Positions 24,271 through 37,519 of a DNA stretch of 64,000 bases are shown in pieces. Source of the DNA: Isurus oxyrinchus (Eukaryota); NCBI GenBank assembly GCA_026770705.1, contig JANJGN010000041.1:1178001-1242000 (forward strand), in the 5' to 3' direction. Within the stretch, counting starts at the first letter, position 1, and every line of letters begins with the position of its first letter. A program made the position numbers and the translations under genes. A model generated the notes under the pieces. The model made no database searches, was not told where the DNA came from, and saw only the letters and a program-made list of their open reading frames with translations.

Positions 24271-25089
24271 TGGATAACTAAGCCAAACTGATCCATTTAG
24301 GACTACTGTTTTAATATATTTCTTGGTTATCGTGGCTATTGTTTGTGACCCAATAAGAAACTCTACTCAGTGAGTAATTCTATGGACGATGTTTGACGCT
24401 GTCATTCTTCTAGCTATTTAATGTGTCCTGCTTTGTATTTATTTTTTGAATCTTGGCATCAAGTTATTAACTCGGCAACCCATTCTTAACTTACTGATGA
24501 TTTTGTTAACTCATTCTCCTATCATTGCTTTTGCGGACTTCCTGTTAAATTATTATATCCAGATGCTATGCCTGAAATCCATGATTCATGGCATTAACAT
24601 GTGTGATGCTCAAGATTGTGAAGATGGCAGACTTTTTCCTCATTTCTAATCAATATGCGTTCCTGAACCAGTGTCTGGCCAGTACCTGATGCTGAAACAG
24701 ACAGGGCAGCACCTCTGTCATCTACAGGACACTGAATGACAAGCGCCTCCATATCATCAAACTCAACCAGTGCTTTTCACTCGATCCCCAACATTATATC
24801 GGAACATCTACTCCGGTTTATCTGCTGCTCAAGGCCTCACATTTCCTTTTGGGAAATCCAGGCTCAACTTTTCTAATTATTTTCCTGGCAACCCCTACTT
24901 ACAAATCCGTATGATCAAAGCGCATCTCGAACTCTGCTGCCTATTATCAAAATCTGACGAAACCTCATTCATCCATCGCCTTTGCGTTCACAGAACTCTT
25001 CTGCTCTGACAAGAACTTAAAATTTAAGTTTATATTATTGTGATCAAATTCGTCCATGTTGTCAATATTACGAACATACAAACACAGAA

Positions 25090-27150
25090 GATTGGAGCAG
25101 ACATAGGCTATTTGGACCATCGCGCCTTCTCCACCTTTCATTAAGTTCATTGGTAATCTGATTTTTTCTAGTTCCAAAATCCAAACCAACGCCATAAACT
25201 TTCGTTACTCTTCCTTGCTAAAATATATTGAACTCCATCTTCTTAACAAAATTCAGTGATAGGGCCTCCACGGCCTTCTAATGCAGGGAGTTCAAAAGAC
25301 AGATAAACCTCGAGGTGAAACAAACAAAAACAGACACACACAAGTAGAAAAAACTGTGTGCTACAAGGGCAAAGCATTTTTTTAAAATTAAATTACTCCT
25401 AATTAGCTGTTCAACCAAAACATCAACGATGGTTTCCCACAGCCTTCTACAAAGCTTACAGGTTCGCATAGTATTCAGTTAATTCACCCCCTCCTGTTAA
25501 ATGCTGTGCAGGCAAGTCCGATCTTCTTAACCTTTCCTCACAACACATTCCATTCATTCCAGGTGACAACCTAGTGAGCCTTCTCTGAAGCGCCCCCAGT
25601 GATCCACATCCTTGCATAAACAGGGCAATCAAAACTATGCACAAAATTCTAGATTTCAGCAATAATCTGTTTAAGTGAAGCATAACATCCTAATTTTTAA
25701 TTTCAATTCCCCTTACAAAAAAAGCATAGCATTTCGAACCCTTCTGAACTACATGCTCTCCCTGCATGGTCACTTTTTCCAACTCATGCACTTGACCAAC
25801 TTGATTCCCCTGCAGTTCGGAATCCTGCAGCCTATCTCAGTTTAACTATTACCCAGTTTAATTTTCATTGTCTCTGCTAAAGTGAAAACCTCTCATTATC
25901 CCACATTACGCTCCATCATCACTGTTATCTGCCAGCTATCCAATCTTCTATCAATGCTAATAAGTTAACCCACTGGCCATCATCATTTTTCATTTAAAAT
26001 AAACTTTGATGCGGCATCTTATCAAATGCCTTCCGAGAATCCGAAATACAGCACATACAAAATCAGCCCTTAATCCATAATGCATGTTAATAATTGAAGC
26101 AACTGCAAATAATGCTTAAATAAGACTTCCCTTTCACAATAACATGGATACTCTTCTCAATTATCCTGATTATCTCTAGGTGCCCAGCTATAAACTCCTG
26201 CCTGATCATTTCTAACACCGTACGCATGGCAGATGTCAAGCTAACCGGCCCATAGTGTCTTGTTATCCATATCCCATCATTCTTGAATAGTAAGGTTCTT
26301 TTCGTGCTCCCATTGGAATGGAATGTTTCCCGAAAGTAGGTAATATTGGAAGTTCAACAAAAGCGCATCTACCACTTCATTAGCCACCTCTTTTAAGATC
26401 CGAGAATGATGTTCCAGAGTACCCTGAGACGCGTCTGCCTGCAGCTCCATCAGTTTGTTCGCGATCTCTTTCCTAGTGATTGCAATTTCACCAAGATCCC
26501 TCTCCCTTTACTGTCTTGCTTTCCAGCTATTAGTGGAACATTTGTGTTACTTGTGTGCTGAATAAAGAAGCAAAATATGCCTCCATGTATTTCGCCATTC
26601 CCTTATTAGCTAATATTGACTCCCTTTTTAATGCGGAATGGGAATATCAATCCCTTTACTTATCTTTTCCTTTCGAAAAAATCTCTGATGAAACTGTTTC
26701 TATACGTTTTACATTTCTAGTTTTATTTTCACCTCAGACTCTAATTTCTTATTCCAGGTAACCATTTAGTCAATTTCTTGATGTTACTTTTAAACTGGCC
26801 AATCACCTGACCTGGCAACAAACTTTGCATGGTTTATTTTGTTTTCCATTACCTCGCTGCTTTCACAAACTTTTTTAGTTATCCGCGGATGGTGGGTCCT
26901 CCTTTAAAAATCTTCCTTTACTGCAGAGATATACCTACTCTGAGTCTTCTGAAATGCCTCATTAACGGCCAGCCACTGCTTCTCCTTTGATCTCTCACCA
27001 AGCCTAATATTCCCATTCACATCAGCTCACTTAGCTTTCATGCCCAAATAGATGCCTGTAGTTACGCTTAAATACTTGACACAGGCACTCTCTTCCCCAT
27101 TTGAAAGTGAAGGAAACTTTCAGTCAATTGTGCTCGCTGCTACCAAGCAG
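25090..27150 (-). mobile_element. CR1 LINE ORF2, decayed, with 3' end
   Basis: LGALQRRLTRLSPGMNGMCCEERLRR; KAFDK and YGPVSLTS motifs on the minus strand. Confidence 0.85.
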
Positions 27151-27157
27151 TGCCTAG

Positions 27158-27247
27158 TATATATACATATATAATATATATATATATGCGTGTGTGTTTA
27201 AATATATATACATACATACACACACACACACACACAAATATATATAA
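27158..27247. repeat. Compound (TA)n/(CA)n microsatellite
   Basis: Directly visible. Confidence 0.9.
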
Positions 27248-27959
27248 ATGTAAATTGAAATCACCCATAATTCCTTGACCATAAACGCCCGACATTTGTT
27301 CTTGTGAATCTTGTCATAAGTTGTAGTTACACAATCCGAAGTCGGGGAGAGCTTGCTGAAACCCCTGTTATCATCTGACAACTTCAATTCACCAACATGT
27401 ATCCCCCATTCCTCAGGGTCGCATGCGCCAGATACATGCATTACAGCGTCCACTCGGTTAATGTCATGTCATGAAAACCAACAACAACAAAGAAATCATT
27501 AACATTGATATCCCGCTGCATATGCAATTCTACAAGAGGAGCATAATTTTTCAAACTTTTGTCATCCATTAAGGCCTGTATGGAGCATTCCAATGACCTG
27601 CTTATTGCTCTCGTAAAGTCATTCCGCAGAGTTCCATGGCAACAGGCTGCGCGTGCTAAATGAGATCCCCCAGCTCCTGTCTTACAGGGTAGAAAACAGA
27701 ATGAATTGTGTTCCCCCCATTCCCTGTGTATTAGGATTGGCAGAGTCTGAATGCCTTCCCCCACCTCGTCTGGAAAAATACACAAGAAGGACGAAATAGC
27801 CTTCTTCTATTTCTGTAGAACTGGCTCGAGGCATTGTATATCTATTCTAAAATGCCCGATGCTCAGAATTACATTAACTTGTTCCTATGTAAAAGGCTGA
27901 AAGTTGCTGAATGGCTCCTAAAATCAATTTTAATGACTCTAGGGTAGGGACAGAGAATT

Positions 27960-28260
27960 ATATATCAAGCTTTGTTGATGATATAGACTGATGGAGAAAG
28001 ATTAGCTGAGGGGGAGAACATAAAGGCTCCAGTGAGATATAGAATGATGAATTGCGCTGTCAATATGATGTTTGATGAAGTGTCATGAGTCGAAGTGTGA
28101 AGTCATTGACTTCTACCCTAATATTATTAAAGCAGAGTATAATATTGAAAAAGTTTGAAACACTACAGCTTGTGTGTAAAGAAACCGATTAAGAGGGCAG
28201 ATGACACGTAGACATTATTTGTAAGAGGATTGGAGAACAGGAGTAAATAAGTATAAATAT
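27960..28260 (+). mobile_element. CR1 RT core fragment
   Basis: ISSFVDD (FADD) ... KCEVIDF. Confidence 0.65.
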
Positions 28261-28549
28261 TGTTTACCATTAGCGAAAAGTTAAGATTTGAATATAACGC
28301 TGAGCGACTGAAGCAGGTCAATCGACACTCCTATCCTGCTCCACTATTCACTAAAATCAGAACTGACCTGCAAGCTCTCTGTACTCGAACCTACGACAGG
28401 ATCCACAACTCATAACTCCCTGTTCTACCAAAACATCTTTCTAAATCTACGTTGAATAAAAGCCATGTTATTGCGTTAATTATTTATGAACAGAATGCCA
28501 CATAGTGACGAAAAGTTGGAAAAATTCCCAACTCATTAACATGTCTACA

Positions 28550-30270
28550 TTCTTCTTTATCTTTTACGGGATGTTGGCATCGCTGTCTAGGCAGCCATTG
28601 ACTGCCCGTCCTATTTACCGTTGACAAGCTAAGCTCGTGGGGAGCTGAATGCTTGAGCCTTGGTTGTCCGTTTGTTGCAGATAAACCAACAGTTCATTAA
28701 AAGAATTTAGCTCCAGGGTCTGACCCAGTGACAATGAAGGAACACAGATCATCCCAAGCCAGGATTTTGAGTAGCGGGGAGGAAAACTTGCAAGTGCTGG
28801 TGTTCCCATGTGCCTGCTGTTCTTGTCCTTCTAGATGGCAGCTGTTTTGGATTTGTGATGGACTGTCTAAGGTAGAGGGCTGTACTCCTGAGGAAAATAT
28901 TGCAGCCGGTGCACACTGCCATCATTGTTCGTTGCTGGTGGAGGGAGTGCACGCTTATTGAAGGGCTGGCAATCAAGCTTTGTCATGGATGGTTTTGAGG
29001 ATGCTGAGGGCTGTTGGAGCAGCATTGTTCCGGGATCTCCTGTGTTGTGCATTGTAGGTAGTCGCCCAGCAGTGGGAAGTCAGATCGTGAGCTGCTCGCG
29101 GCAGATTCCGTATCCACTGGCCTGCTCTTGTAGCCACAGTATTTGTATGGTTTGGCCAGTTCAGTTACTGGTCAACAGTTGTTCCTAAGATGAAGCTAGC
29201 AGGGGTTTCGGAAATTAAAATATTATTGATGCCAAGCGACGTTTATTTTTTGGAGATAAAAATGCTAAGTACTTATGTGTCATAAACGTTACTTGCCTCT
29301 TCTCTCCACAAGCCTGGATAATGTCCAGGTATTCCTGTATTTGGGCATGGATGGGTCAGTATTTGGGGAGTTGCAAATATTTTGTCCACTCAGCAATCGT
29401 CATCGAAACTCCCCAATTATGAGCTTATGTTGGAAGAATGGTGATAGATGGAGCAGCTGAAGGTGCTGAGGACTAGCCAAATCCTGAGCATCTCCTGCAG
29501 TGACATCCTTGAACTGAGATGAATGTTCTGCAACTACCAGAACAATATTCATTTGTGCCAGATATGACTCCATCCAACGAAGAGTTTTCCCATTAATTCA
29601 CGTTGAATCAATTTATTTGAGGGTGCCTTGATGCCACACGTGATCATATGCTGCCTTGATATTAAGTGCGGTCACTATCACGTCACATCTGGAGTTAAGC
29701 TCCTACCCCATATTTTGACAAAGGCAGTGATGCTATTAGGAACAGAGTGAATCTTGTGGAACTAAACTGAGCCTCAATGAGCAGAGTACTGCTGATCAGA
29801 TGCCGCTTGATGAACCTTTCCATTACTTTCCTGATTATCAACTGGAGGCTCACGCGACTGTTAATGAACAGTTTGGGCTTGAGCTGCATTTTTCTGTATC
29901 TCGTACCTGGGCGATTTTTCTCATATTCGGGTAGATGCCAGTGTTGAATCTGTACTGGAGCAGCATGGCTATGCCATAGGGCACTATCGAGTCCACAAGC
30001 ATTCAGTACAATTGCGGAAATATTCTCGGTGCCCACCTTCTTGCAGTATCCAGAGTTTCAGCGGCTTCCTGATATGAAAGAAAGTGAATACACTTGACTG
30101 AAGACTAACATCTGTAATTTTGGGATCCTACAGAGGAGGCCAAGTTGCCCCATCCATTCGGTACCGTTGCGATTGCTTCAGCTTTAAATTTTCCACTGAT
30201 ATGCTGAGCCCTCGCAACATTGCAAATCTGAATATGTGTGGAGCGTCTTTAAGGAGTGAGTTCTTTAACT
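28550..30270 (-). mobile_element. CR1-group LINE 3' portion (RT and tail)
   Basis: Begins with the reverse complement of the 12590 tail; TENISAIVLNACG...LQLIIRKVME. Confidence 0.75.
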
Positions 30271-30379
30271 GTATTTCTAACATGATTTCCCTTTCATATA
30301 TCCTTGTTCACACTGTGCAATGTCACCATTCCTTACTACATACCCAGTTATCACCTCCGTACTAATAGATTATAAATTT

Positions 30380-31740
30380 TCCCAGAATTCTTATGTCAAA
30401 CTAACATCTTTGCAGTTCTTCCTCGACCATCTCATTACATTCTTCAATTGTGATGTAACATCTGATACTTTTAAATTCGCTGGAGGCTTTGCAGAAACTA
30501 AAGAATTTTGAAACAAAACAAGCAATGCAACCATTGTTTTTTCAGCCTCCTCCTTCAGCACTCTTGAGATGAAGCAATTCTAGTAAAGCAAATTATTTAA
30601 CCTTCAATCCAGTTCACATTTAAAGCACTACCTTTTCCTCTAAAACTATTTATTCCTTTTCGCTCCCCCGTTTCACAACTCCTTTGGTTGCCTAGCTTAT
30701 CTTGGAAATATTCTATATGTTCTTCTGTGATGACACGCGAAAAGTTATTGTTTCGTTACGATGATGTTTCCCTGTTCCCCATGATAAATATTCCCGTAAG
30801 TACATGTAAGGTGCCCTGGCTTGTATTTTATGTTCCTCGCTGGATTGCATTACATTCTCTTCCCACTTATAAAACAATTTCTTTGTCCTCACTTGCTGGG
30901 TTCTAAAGTTCTCCCAAACCTAAGATTTACCACTTTTTCTCTTGCGCCATGATAAATCATTTCATTTCATGGAGTGCGATATCTAACTTCATTTGGAAAC
31001 AACGGTTGAGTTTTCTTTCTGTCTCTGTGTTGAGCTTTCGATGAATGCTTGTCTGATGTAGACACTGCATTATTTCCTTAAATATTCGCCATTCCCTGTC
31101 CACGAACAAACCTTTTCCTATACTTTCGCAATCTATTATAGCCAACTTGCCTCACTTACATTCACAATTTTTTTTCTTCAGATTTAACAACCAAGTTTTA
31201 GGATTCAGCATATCGCTGTCATACTTATTGCAAAATTCAATCACTTTATGGTGACTATTTTCCAAAGACTAACTGAGAGCATGGAAATGCATTGAGTCAC
31301 TCGCATGATCGAGCACTAAGTCCCGCCTAGCTCGATTCCTAGTTGGCTCCTCAACTTACTGGTTCTGAAACCAATCTTGTAAACATTCCATGATTTCCTC
31401 TTGCATGCTATTAGTGCCGATTTGCTTAACGATGGTCTTGTTGCAAACTGAAGTTTCTAATTTTCTGCTTTAACCATATTATATTCAGCTCGAATTTCCT
31501 GATGTATACTACGCCACAATTTAGCACCGTGGTTTGCTGGCCTATACACAACTCCAACAAATACCTGATCCCCTTGATGTTTCCCAGCTCCTCACAAATT
31601 GGCCCATCATCGTTTAATGAAAGGTCCGCTATTACCAATAATATCTTAGCTTATTAAGAGTGCTACGGAGCCTGCTTTTCATTTTTGCCATCCCTCTGAA
31701 ATGCTAAAGCCGCACAAAGCTGCATTTTGAAGGATTGAAA
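30380..31740 (-). mobile_element. CR1 LINE fragment (APE and linker)
   Basis: EWRIFKEIMQ (ORF 30957-31145) and APE-region similarity. Confidence 0.6.
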
Positions 31741-31799
31741 ATTCTGGGTCACAATGCTTCTGGCATTGTTGTTCCACTCAACCAATGTAATGCAAAATT

Positions 31800-33120
31800 T
31801 GAAACCTTTAGCTTCGTAGTTGATCATGGACTAAGTCTATATTTTAACGTTGAGTTGCCGCATTCTTCAGTAACTGTAATCAATGCGTTCCTGGTATCAG
31901 CTGTTTGGTAACATATTGCATTTCCACTCTACACTAGACATTCCATCAACAGTCTGACAACGATTTTAACGTTATACAGGAAGCTTCCGCTCTCAATATA
32001 TGTCACTTGTTATTTCAAACTGTAATAATTCTTTAATTTCGCTGCACAACTCCAAAACAATGTCATTGTTTAGAACTACAGTTTGCCGTTTCTTCCAATA
32101 CCAGAGATAAGTTGTTGAAGCCTCATCGAGTTAACAAGCTTCAACGGTTGTTTTGAAAGGGACTGCTCTGTACGCCTCGTTTCTGACCCTTAATATTTAC
32201 CAGATTGTTGAGTCCCTGCCTGTCACAATGATGCGAAGGCCCAGCCCTTCTGACGCATCTTTGATAGAAACAGACAGGCTTTACCAAATTTTGTCTCGAA
32301 TCATAAGAAAATGAATCAAATCCTCCCTTCTATTCACATCTTCAGAAATCAGATCAAGCTAACGAAGCACAAGGAATACCTGATCTTCATCAGTCAGACC
32401 AGGGGAAATGACAAGAAGAAGCGCAAGGTGTATTGCAGCCTTCACTTTTACAATAACGCTCAATTCCTTCACCAGCAATGTCATCATCGAAATTAGTTCA
32501 TTTTGAATGCGATGTCCAAGAAAATGGTCAGGAGTATATGTACTCTTTGCTGCATGGGGCATATCCTTGCATCGAAGGGTCGAAGTTAGCTCTAATGGCA
32601 ATTAATCCCAGAAATGATTCATTGGTGTGTTTATAAAGCGTTGCAGGTGTTCGAAAAAAACTCTGAGTTCTGCTCATCTAGAACTGAACGGCTGCAATAA
32701 TGCCTGTCAACGTTGCTTGTCATTTATCTACCCCTTGTTTATTTATCACTGTGCTTACTCATCCAGTACTTCCAATTCTGTGATCATTCGCTTTCTTTCA
32801 ATTCATTTTGTTGCGCTTTGAATATTGTCCTTAGATAATTCGATGACATTGCAATCTATCATTGTGATGATTCCAGACACTGCCACATTCCTTGCATAAT
32901 ATGCGTGTGGTTTCTGTGACGTATAATTTGCAGAAGAATGAAAAGGTTTCATCAAAGATTTTTCCTGTAAACCAGGCAATTTGTTTCAACCCTTTCTCCG
33001 TTTAGCATTTCCAGTGCGTTTAAGTCTGCTGAAAAGTTTCGTTCTCATCATAATTTGGAAAGTCATAGGCACTTCCGATTATTTTCACAAGAACCCTTCA
33101 AACTGTAATATCGATCGTCT
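31800..33120 (-). mobile_element. Decayed hAT (Tip100/ZMYM1-like) transposase
   Basis: HFLGHRIQNELISMM...VKAAIHLALLLVISPGLTDEDQVFLVLR (cf. IQNELI...FSIILDCTPD...EQ...LRFV). Confidence 0.75.
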
Positions 33121-33779
33121 TTTTTTTAAATAAATCTCGCGAATTTGCTGGGCCATATCTTAAATCTACAGAGGGAAGTGCGTCAGAAGAATTCGCTATT
33201 TTCAATCTTTTTAGATTTTGCCCACTTCCTCAGACACGGTGGTGCTACAAACCAGTGATCATACTTAATTAAACTCAACAGTCTCCAATTCCGGGCTAGA
33301 CACTTGGCAGTCAGGGCAGGTTTAATTATTCTTTTACTGCTGCAGCTGAACAGTGAGAACAGAGATTTAAAGCGAGCTGGGAGCTGAGCACGAACAGGTG
33401 ATATTTTTTTAAAAAGAGGAGTAGTTGAGGCACTAGGGCAGATATGTAAAAAGAGCGGAAGCTGAGTTGCCAGAGGAGCGATTTAAAAAGAGCTAGAGAG
33501 AGATATTAAAAGCACAGATTAGAAAGGGGCTATACCCCCATAAGAGAGATAAAAAATTGCGGGACCTAGATAATCAAAACACAGATTGGAAGGTAAAAGG
33601 GACTCTTCCCCCAGAGCAGAGATTTATAAAAGTGCGGGAGCTAAATAGCTAGAGCATAGTTTTATAAGAAGTAGGAAGTATTTGCTAGGAAAGTGATTTG
33701 GATATAGTAGAACAGAGCTGACAGACTCGAGAAATGGGAAGCGTAGTATCTGTGCAGCCAGAGGGACAACTAGATTTTA

Positions 33780-34720
33780 TTATTATTCGTTAAGACGATG
33801 TTGGTGCCAGTCGTTCGCAGAGTGTTTAATGCCCAGACATAGATACCCTAGAGAAAGTGGTGTGGAGTTGCCTTCTTGAACCGCAACAGTCCCTCTGGCA
33901 ATGTTGCACGCATAGTACTCTTGGGGATGGAGTTCCTGGAATTTGACCCAATGACAAGGAAGGGACAGGGATATCATTTTAAATCAAGCTGGTGAGTAGG
34001 TTGGAGGAGAACTTCCAAACATTCTTGTTCCCATAAACCTGCTGCCCATTATCCTTCGTGAGTTTGGACTGTATTGTACAAGTTGACTTCCAGAATTCCT
34101 GCCGGGCACCTTGCAGATATTAAACAATGCTGCCGTTGTTCATCAGTGGTGGAGAGAGTCAACGTTCATTGATGTGGTGTCAATCAATGGCTGATTTATT
34201 CCAGATGCTATCATGCTTCTTGACTAATATTGGAGCTGCACGCATCCCAGCAAGTACAGTGTATACCATGAAAATCCTGTCATGTAAATGGTGGAAAGGA
34301 ATTAGGGTGTCAGCACATGTGTTATTCGCCACAGGATTCCTTGCACTCAATTGCATTTGTAGACGTTGTGTTTATTTGGCCAATCCAGTTATGTTGTTTC
34401 TGGTCAATGATATCCGCTACAATGCTGCTAGTGGGATTTTCAGCGATAGTAATGCCATTGAATGTTGACGGGCGATGGTTGATTTTGTATTTTGGAGATA
34501 GTCATTGCCTGGTACTTGAATGCTGTAAATGTCCTTTGCCACTTTTGAGCCAAAGCCTGAACATGCTGCATTTGGCAATAGACAACTTCATTATTTCAGG
34601 AATCACAAATTGTGTTGAACATTATGGAATCATGAGCGACCATCCTCATTTCCGACTTTAAGATGGACAGAAGGTCATTGATGAATGAGCTAAACAGCAT
34701 TGAGTATTGCCATTACTTTT
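33780..34720 (-). mobile_element. CR1-group LINE 3' portion
   Basis: Same family tail and RT as 28550-30270. Confidence 0.7.
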
Positions 34721-35399
34721 TGGAACTTAGGTTCCCTCAGGAACAAAAAGGACTGGGAACTGAGCAGTCGGGGTGTACATTTAGAAAGTGCTGTTGCCGA
34801 TATGCCAGAGCAAATATTTAGAAAAGAGTGCTAGCTGAGCCGGTGGTCTGGGCAATTAGTAATTCAGGCCTTAAGCAGCCAGGGCGAAGATATCAGAAAC
34901 ACTGCAGCTGCTCGGAAGGATGGAGCACATATTCCTGGCTGCAAGAGCAATTAAAGATGGCAATAATTGCCCTTCGTGCCAGCTATGCCCCTCATGCCAT
35001 GACCGAATTTGTCTTGTTTTTAATGTTCATTTATTCAAGGACAACGGTTGTAGTTTTTTATTTAGTGCTGCTTTAGCTGGCAGTTGTTCTGGCCAATCAT
35101 TATACGCGGTGTTTGGAGTGGTTAACTAACAATGATCAAGAGGATTTTGAATTAATATCTGAGAAAAGCGAATGACCCAGATAATAGGGAGAAGCTGGAA
35201 GAGTGGCTGCTGCTTGCATCTTCCTGCAAAGACACAAGACGGAAAGGACGGGTCACGTAGTCTGCTTCTGTGCTGTAGCCCGTCTACGGTTGCATTCTAC
35301 GAACGGCATTTAAGTGAGGTAATTGATAAGAATATGCGACCAGAACAATTGCATTAATTTTTTTCACATTCAATATGCATAGGTATACAAAGATGTAAG

Positions 35400-36000
35400 T
35401 TGATGGGAGGGCCACGTGTGATCAGACGTTTCTTGGCTGGGATTTCGTGCTGATACCTGGTCGAAGCGTAATACACTATATTGATGAGTAACTATAAAGT
35501 CAAACATATTAAAACATTCGAGAATATGATAATGGCCATTTGAAGGCTCTATGCGTGAAAGGACCAGGTAACATGAGACAGAGAGTGTTGTGAATGAGCT
35601 GTGGGGAGGAGGTAGTCCGATTAATCGTGCAAAAACAAGTATGATTTTATTTGTGCTTTCAAATGAATCGTAGGGTAATCGCATTTAAAAGTTTTGAACC
35701 TAATATACGGTGTCGTCTCTGTGCACTATGGATCGTGGGAATGTGTGATGAGTTGCGTCAATACCCGACCTTTAACAAAACACGTGATGACCAGGCCTTC
35801 CTTGTTTCAATCGTGTGAGATACATGGAACTTGGAGAAGCAGCTTATTGTGCAACTGTCTGATATTTGGAGGGTGCCAGACTTCATGAAATATGTTCTGA
35901 AAATTCCCCCTATGTACTATTTGGCCCAGAGTAGATTGCAGGAAATTCGAGACGTTTGTGAATGTTACATTTGTCGAGTTATCGTGATGCAGCTGCTGAT
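35400..36000 (+). mobile_element. Probable RTE-clade LINE RT fragment
   Basis: INRAKT and TRPSLFQSCE.WNL...LKIP (cf. LLYGCETW). Confidence 0.5.
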
Positions 36001-36312
36001 GTTTGTGGTGTTCTCATGTTGATAAGAACAACTGTTCCAATGAACACCAGGCTGTCAGAAGCTGGCATCACAATTCACCCTTTCAAACTCTGCAACGCTA
36101 ACAGCGGAGGTTCAGTACGTTTTTTTATCATTTGTTATTATTATTGCAACATAAAAATCACCATTGAATACACTGTACTGTGAAAAGGCGTTCAATTTGA
36201 CATTATAGTATAAATGAACAATTTTACTAGGATATTAATTTATGCAGAATGCTTAAACGTTGTTACAATCATTTTCCTAACATGAGTTCACTCAGGGCAC
36301 AAACCTCATGTC

Positions 36313-36776
36313 TTACTGTAAAAGTGAACTGGTTTCCCACTGTAAGTTGCCTAATTTTATACAGAATTTCACAAGGTACTGCATTCCGCTCTTCAGCTCC
36401 TCCCAAAACTTAGCCTGTGTCAGCACATAAATGAATGTATTTGTGCAGCAACTGAGGATCCCAAGCATGGATCCATCTGACTGAAGCGCATTTTCGCCAG
36501 AATTCGATGTGATTGTTACATGCATAGAGATAATATATATAACCGGAGTTGTCCAGAGCAATATAAAGCTCCCGGTTATACTTAAGAGTAAAATAACGTA
36601 CGTTCTTCGGCTTTCTATTTCAGAATCCTTGCAGCAAATGCGGAGACACCTGCTAACTTTACTGGCCGCCAAAATACGTCTAGCCGTCAAAATATTTAGC
36701 AACAAAATTAGGATAAATGGAACACCTGGCGTCAAGATAATGGTAAACAATTCAAATGCAGCCCATTCAGCTGAAA
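36313..36776 (-). pseudogene. GPR139/GPR142-like class A GPCR, C-terminal half (TM5-TM7), 5'-truncated
   Basis: WAAFELFTIILTPGVPFILILLLNILTARRIL...ILLLSITGSFILLW...MLGILSCCTNTFIYVLTQAKFWEELK; abuts defensin intron sequence at ~36776. Confidence 0.85.
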
Positions 36777-37014
36777 TTATAAGACTCGCTGCTGATAATC
36801 TAAATACAAAAAAAAAATAATCGAATTGTGTGCAAATGCACAACCCTAAAATTGGTAGATTTACATTTGGAAATCATTTTTATGGTTCTAGACTGATGGA
36901 GTTAAGCACATATCAGCCCTGTACCAATTTAGTGACAGAACAGACGTGAATGGTTGAATGGACTCCTGTTCCAATTATTATTGCTCATGAAAAACTACTG
37001 CGAGATGCACCCTC

Positions 37015-37102
37015 TTCCCAGTTTCACAATCTCATGTAGCGAGATAGAGAGAGTGTCTCCCAGCAACAGGAATCCAAGTACCAAGAAGAGAGCTTTTGAC
37101 AT
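37015..37102 (-). pseudogene. Beta-defensin-like pseudogene B1, exon 1 (MSKALFLVLGFLLLGDTLSISLHEIVKLG)
   Basis: 78/88 nt identical to A1 exon 1; donor GT lost (A|gagggt); TATA reads TATAGA; intron truncated at ~36776 and exon 2 absent. Confidence 0.85.
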
Positions 37103-37519
37103 CTTCACCTGAGCTCCTAAGAGCCACAAGGAGATAACCGGAGAACCAATGTTCTCTATAGGAATTGAGCGACTGTTCACTAGTTAATAATAACACGCAC
37201 ACATTGGGGACTGGCTCCAATTTAAGAGTGATTACGAAACACTAACTATCCCAAGCAAATTTGTGGCAATTAACAGGGAGACAGGTCTCTGTAATGATTG
37301 AACAGGAGAAGGTTTAATACTAAACGTCACTGTGTAAGAAGTAAGAATCGTGTTGCACAAAATAAGTCCATTTTGGAAATTGAGCCTCTCTTGGCGCTTT
37401 GGCAGAGCAACCAAATTCTGCAAACAGCTTATCTCCTCATTTCCCATAGCTCCTTATTTTGTTTTCTAAATCAATCATTTCATCAATTGCAGCATCTTCC
37501 ATAATCCTTCCAGGAAGCA

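Noticed and set aside
21654-37102. Pairing orphan exon 1 (B1) with orphan exon 2 (C) as one gene with a 15-kb intron
   Set aside because: The B1 donor is lost, and the 3' flank of C is not as close to A1 as block B is to block A, so C looks like an older separate paralogue
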